DNA of 25,064 nt, from positions 1-25,064 of the forward strand of contig VBOS01000149.1 in assembly GCA_005893185.1 (NCBI GenBank), read 5' to 3'. A program made the translations under genes and the position numbers. The notes under the pieces were generated by a model. That model saw only the letters and a list, made by a program, of their open reading frames with translations, had not been told where the DNA came from and ran no database searches. The stretch's first letter is position 1. Every line of letters begins with the position of its first letter. Of this stretch, positions 22,017 through 25,064 are shown piece by piece. The DNA comes from Candidatus Eiseniibacteriota bacterium. Lineage in GTDB: Bacteria > Eisenbacteria > RBG-16-71-46.

Positions 22017-24866
22017 TTACCGAAGCACCGCGACCCGAGCGCGGGCTACGCTCCCGCCCTGAGTGAGCCGGAGGAAGTAGATTCCAGGTTGAAGGGCTCG
22101 GGCTGCCGTGAGGTCGAGCGCGTGGATCCCCGGCCCGAACGTGCCCACCTGCCGCGCCTGCAACAGTCGCCCTGCCACATCCATCAGTTCAAGGCGGGCT
22201 TGGCTTCCGTCGCGCAGCGAGAACTCCACCCGGAGTCGGCCGTCCGCGACCGGGTTCGGGATCGCCCCTCGGATCGCCAGCGCGAGCTGCGCCGGTGCGG
22301 GGTCCCCGACGCCGACCGTGGCCCCGATCGAGAACGCCGGGCTCACGCCGAGAACGCCCTCCACGATGGCGCCGGTCTCAGCGGGGGATTCCAGCAGCAC
22401 CGCCACCTTCGCCTGGTCGGTCGGAACGCTCGGCACCGTCCAATCGAAGCTCCCGGTGTTGGGCCGCTGGCGGGCGATCGTGCTCCAGTTTACGCCGCCG
22501 TCGGGCGAGAAGAGCAGACTCACCGGTCCTGCCACGACACCGCCCGGTGTCTCCCAGCGCACCTGCGCAACAGAGCCTCCCGCGAGATGGCTGCCGGCCC
22601 GCGGGGCCGCGATCCTCCCGCGGCCTACGCGGATGGTATCCGTGCCGATGAAAGCGTGGCCGTCCAGCTTGCCTTTGATCCTGACCGGAACGCTGTCGCC
22701 TTCGGTTACGGCTAGCTCCACCGCGAGCCGGTCGAACTTCACCGTCAGATCAGGGATGCCATTCCCGTCGTGGTCCCCGAGCACGGTGGGAGCCTCAGGG
22801 TCCACCGGCACCGTGCCGTTCAGCCGGATCGACGAAATGTCGATGTCGCGGGCCTCGAAGGGCAGGGCGGGCTCGAGGAAGCCCGTCACCCACTTGCCGC
22901 GCGAGGCCAGGTTGAGCGTGCCGGGCGAGAAATCGAACGTCATCGAGATCGGGGGCGGTTCGAGCGCGTGTACTACGACGTCGCTCGGACTCCGGGGGCA
23001 GAGGCGGAACGTGCCGCTCGCGAAGTGCAGGATGCCGGTCACGTCGATGATCGAGCCCGAGTCCGGCGGGGCGTAGCCGTCGAGCACAGTGTTCAGGCTC
23101 GAGATCAGGATCGTGTCCTCGAAGGCGCAGCACGGCCCAGCGGCGAGGAAGCTCTGGCCGACGGCCCGCCGCTCCGCGACCCGCAGGTCGTGGACCTTGA
23201 CCAGCATTCCCTCCTCGTCCTCGCCGTTGTCGATATTCTGAGCCGCGTCGCAGGTCAGGTCCGTCAGCACGGTGATGTTCTTGTCGTCCCTCGGCGCAGG
23301 CGCCCGGACGGCCCCGAGGTCCCCGAGGAACACGTTGTTCACGATCTCGGTCTCGCCGCCGAACTCCAGGATCTGCCCCGCGACCAGGTACCGGTTGCCG
23401 ACCACGATGGGCGCGCGGGGACCGAAGATCGCGATGCCGCTCCGATCGGCGCCGTCGGCGTCCTCCATGTACTGCAAGGAGCCGAACTGCCCAACCCCGA
23501 CGCCGCGCACCGTGATCCGTGTGCCCGGCGAGGTCCCGGCGCCCGCGAAGCGCGACCGGTCGACGCACACCGTCAGGCTATCCTCGTCGGCCGCCTGAAC
23601 CTGCTTCACGTCGAGCACACCGTTGATGAACGTGCGGCTCTGATTCGCCATCAGACAATCCGGACAGATCTCCGACCCGATCCCGCCGGCCGTGACGGTC
23701 TCGATGTCACCGTCCCTCCGGACGCTGGTGATGTCGAGCAGCACCACGTGGCCTCCACCACCCTCCACCGTGGCAAGGTCCACGGTTGAGCCATCGATCT
23801 TCGAGGCGAGCGAGTAGTTGCGTTCGTCCTCGGCCGTCGCGACGTCCACGCGCCGCCCGAATTCGAGCCGCACCCTGGTGTTGCTGGTCCCGAGCGCGTG
23901 CGGCCCGTCCGGCGGGCCGGTGAAGCTGTCGTCGATCGGGTAGGCGTCCGTCAGGCTGGTCGCGAACGGTCCGAACAGGTCGTCGCTGTCGCGGACCTGT
24001 ACGCGGTAGGACGTGAACGACGGGTTGCCCGATGGACCCTGGTTCACGATGCCCTGCAACGAGTCGATCAGCGTGCCCACCGCCGGCGGCGTGAAGGTGG
24101 TGAGGGCGTTGCCGTCGATCAGGGTGCTGTCCGACGGGCTCGCCACGCTCACGACCAGGAACGAGCCGAAGGGAAGCCCGGGACGCCCGCCCTGAACCGA
24201 GGTGCGGCCGACGCGGAGCTGACCGCGAACCCGCACCAGGCAGGCTTCCCACTGCTCCTGGATCGCGCTCGTCGCGTTCGGGCTCGGAATCCAGCTCATC
24301 GACGTGGGGGTTAGAACCTGGAAGGGCGGGAGCGGGTTCCCCGAGCTGATCTTGCGGATGACGATGTCGTTCGTGCTCTGGACGACGTCGGGGCCCTCGA
24401 TCTCGGTCGTGCCGTTGAGGCTGGGGAACTCCTGCACGGTGCCGTACACGGCAACGCTGTCGCCGAGGTTGAGGCTGTAGGGAACCGCCTTCCAGTTGTA
24501 GGCGCCCGTGAACACCTGAACCCCGTTGTAGGGACCGCCCTGGCTGTTCTGGATGTAGAAGGCGTACGCAGCCGGCTTGGCGTCGAATCCGATGATGATG
24601 CCCTTGATGCCCAGCACCGTGTCCCCGGAGGCCGGGGAGAAAACCCTCGGGTGGCAAGGTGCGAGCAGCGTGTCAGGCTGCTGGACGTCGTAGATCCTGA
24701 GCGTGTCCGGACAATTTCGGTACGGAGGACCGGGCGGGTACTTGTCTCTCGAGTAGGCGGAACTTCCGGTGCATAGCAGCAGGGCGGTCGCGAGGAGGGC
24801 CTTGGTCAGGCTCCTCCGGTATGGGTTGGCAGAGAATTCAGGGACGCGGGCCGGGGCGGTGATCAT
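22017..24866 (-). CDS. Large secreted multidomain protein (949 aa): tandem OB-fold-like modules, Ig-like domains, C-terminal T9SS/FlgD-like sorting domain
   Basis: Likely start ATG 24866, followed by a signal-peptide-like LTKALLATALLLCTGSSAYS. Two repeats of I/V.DVQ...V.V.G.....Y.(Q/E)(N/D)..G...G(V/I).(V/I)F...G..V.V.G.(V/I).EF...TEI. C-terminus LAIRGAIPNP...VEFSL....ARLELMDVAGRLL...PGIYFLRLTQGG....RVAVLR. The ORF-track start at 25028 lies inside repeat copy 2 and is probably spurious. Confidence 0.85.
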   Translation of the reverse strand: MITAPARVPEFSANPYRRSLTKALLATALLLCTGSSAYSRDKYPPGPPYRNCPDTLRIYDVQQPDTLLAPCHPRVFSPASGDTVLGIKGIIIGFDAKPAAYAFYIQNSQGGPYNGVQVFTGAYNWKAVPYSLNLGDSVAVYGTVQEFPSLNGTTEIEGPDVVQSTNDIVIRKISSGNPLPPFQVLTPTSMSWIPSPNATSAIQEQWEACLVRVRGQLRVGRTSVQGGRPGLPFGSFLVVSVASPSDSTLIDGNALTTFTPPAVGTLIDSLQGIVNQGPSGNPSFTSYRVQVRDSDDLFGPFATSLTDAYPIDDSFTGPPDGPHALGTSNTRVRLEFGRRVDVATAEDERNYSLASKIDGSTVDLATVEGGGGHVVLLDITSVRRDGDIETVTAGGIGSEICPDCLMANQSRTFINGVLDVKQVQAADEDSLTVCVDRSRFAGAGTSPGTRITVRGVGVGQFGSLQYMEDADGADRSGIAIFGPRAPIVVGNRYLVAGQILEFGGETEIVNNVFLGDLGAVRAPAPRDDKNITVLTDLTCDAAQNIDNGEDEEGMLVKVHDLRVAERRAVGQSFLAAGPCCAFEDTILISSLNTVLDGYAPPDSGSIIDVTGILHFASGTFRLCPRSPSDVVVHALEPPPISMTFDFSPGTLNLASRGKWVTGFLEPALPFEARDIDISSIRLNGTVPVDPEAPTVLGDHDGNGIPDLTVKFDRLAVELAVTEGDSVPVRIKGKLDGHAFIGTDTIRVGRGRIAAPRAGSHLAGGSVAQVRWETPGGVVAGPVSLLFSPDGGVNWSTIARQRPNTGSFDWTVPSVPTDQAKVAVLLESPAETGAIVEGVLGVSPAFSIGATVGVGDPAPAQLALAIRGAIPNPVADGRLRVEFSLRDGSQARLELMDVAGRLLQARQVGTFGPGIHALDLTAARALQPGIYFLRLTQGGSVARARVAVLR

Positions 24867-24941
24867 GAGACGAGCCGAGCGTACTCCACGGCTGTGACAG
24901 GTTGCGACGCAAGTGAGGTCTGGGCGCGCATGGAGCATTCC

Positions 24942-25053
24942 AAAATCATGGGCCCCGGCCGCGATGCGTGTTGTCGTGCAGGGGGTGCGTTTGCACCGCG
25001 GGCTCGGGGCCCCAAAAAAGTTCCCCACTATGACCGTGCGCCGGTCCGTAAGA
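24942..25053. repeat. Structured direct repeat, copy 2 (112 bp)
   Basis: Near-identical to 20257..20367, same orientation, offset 4,685 bp. Confidence 0.95.
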
Positions 25054-25064
25054 CTCCTTCGCTC

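Noticed and set aside
24867-25028. 54-aa N-terminal extension of the large secreted protein
   Set aside because: It starts within repeat copy 2 and would bury the signal peptide. ATG 24866 fits better.
20257-25053. Interpretation of the repeats as a CRISPR array, IS terminal inverted repeats or tRNA-derived att sites
   Set aside because: Only two copies 4.7 kb apart, in direct orientation, too long for CRISPR repeats, with no cas, transposase or integrase gene and no tRNA cloverleaf or T-loop consensus.

Overview
High-GC bacterial chromosome segment. Inference: an FCB-group organism such as Ca. Eisenbacteria, based on a T9SS-type C-terminal sorting domain and the DUF222-like HNH family. The left half is a minus-strand housekeeping run: rnr (disrupted), a PilZ protein, aroA, cmk, plsC, rpsA, a TPR-SPOR protein, mutS, then the 5' start of a probable phosphatidylserine decarboxylase. 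The middle holds two hypothetical genes, a frameshifted TMTC-like TPR glycosyltransferase, a 31-aa bS22/AURKAIP1-like basic protein, HU and an FmdB-type zinc ribbon with an ATC start. It also holds a compact bacterial microcompartment (BMC) operon with its own sigma70-like promoter: 2 BMC-H, 3 BMC-P, 1 BMC-T and an acylating aldehyde dehydrogenase, but no signature enzyme. The right end is accessory. A frameshifted secreted protein is followed by a DUF222-like HNH endonuclease and a 949-aa OB-fold/T9SS-type secreted protein, and these two genes are bracketed by two near-identical 111/112-bp structured direct repeats 4,685 bp apart. At least four deletion-like lesions and one probable 1-nt frameshift disrupt genes; these may be assembly artefacts or real decay. 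All calls come from reading the sequence and recalling family motifs; no database searches were run.
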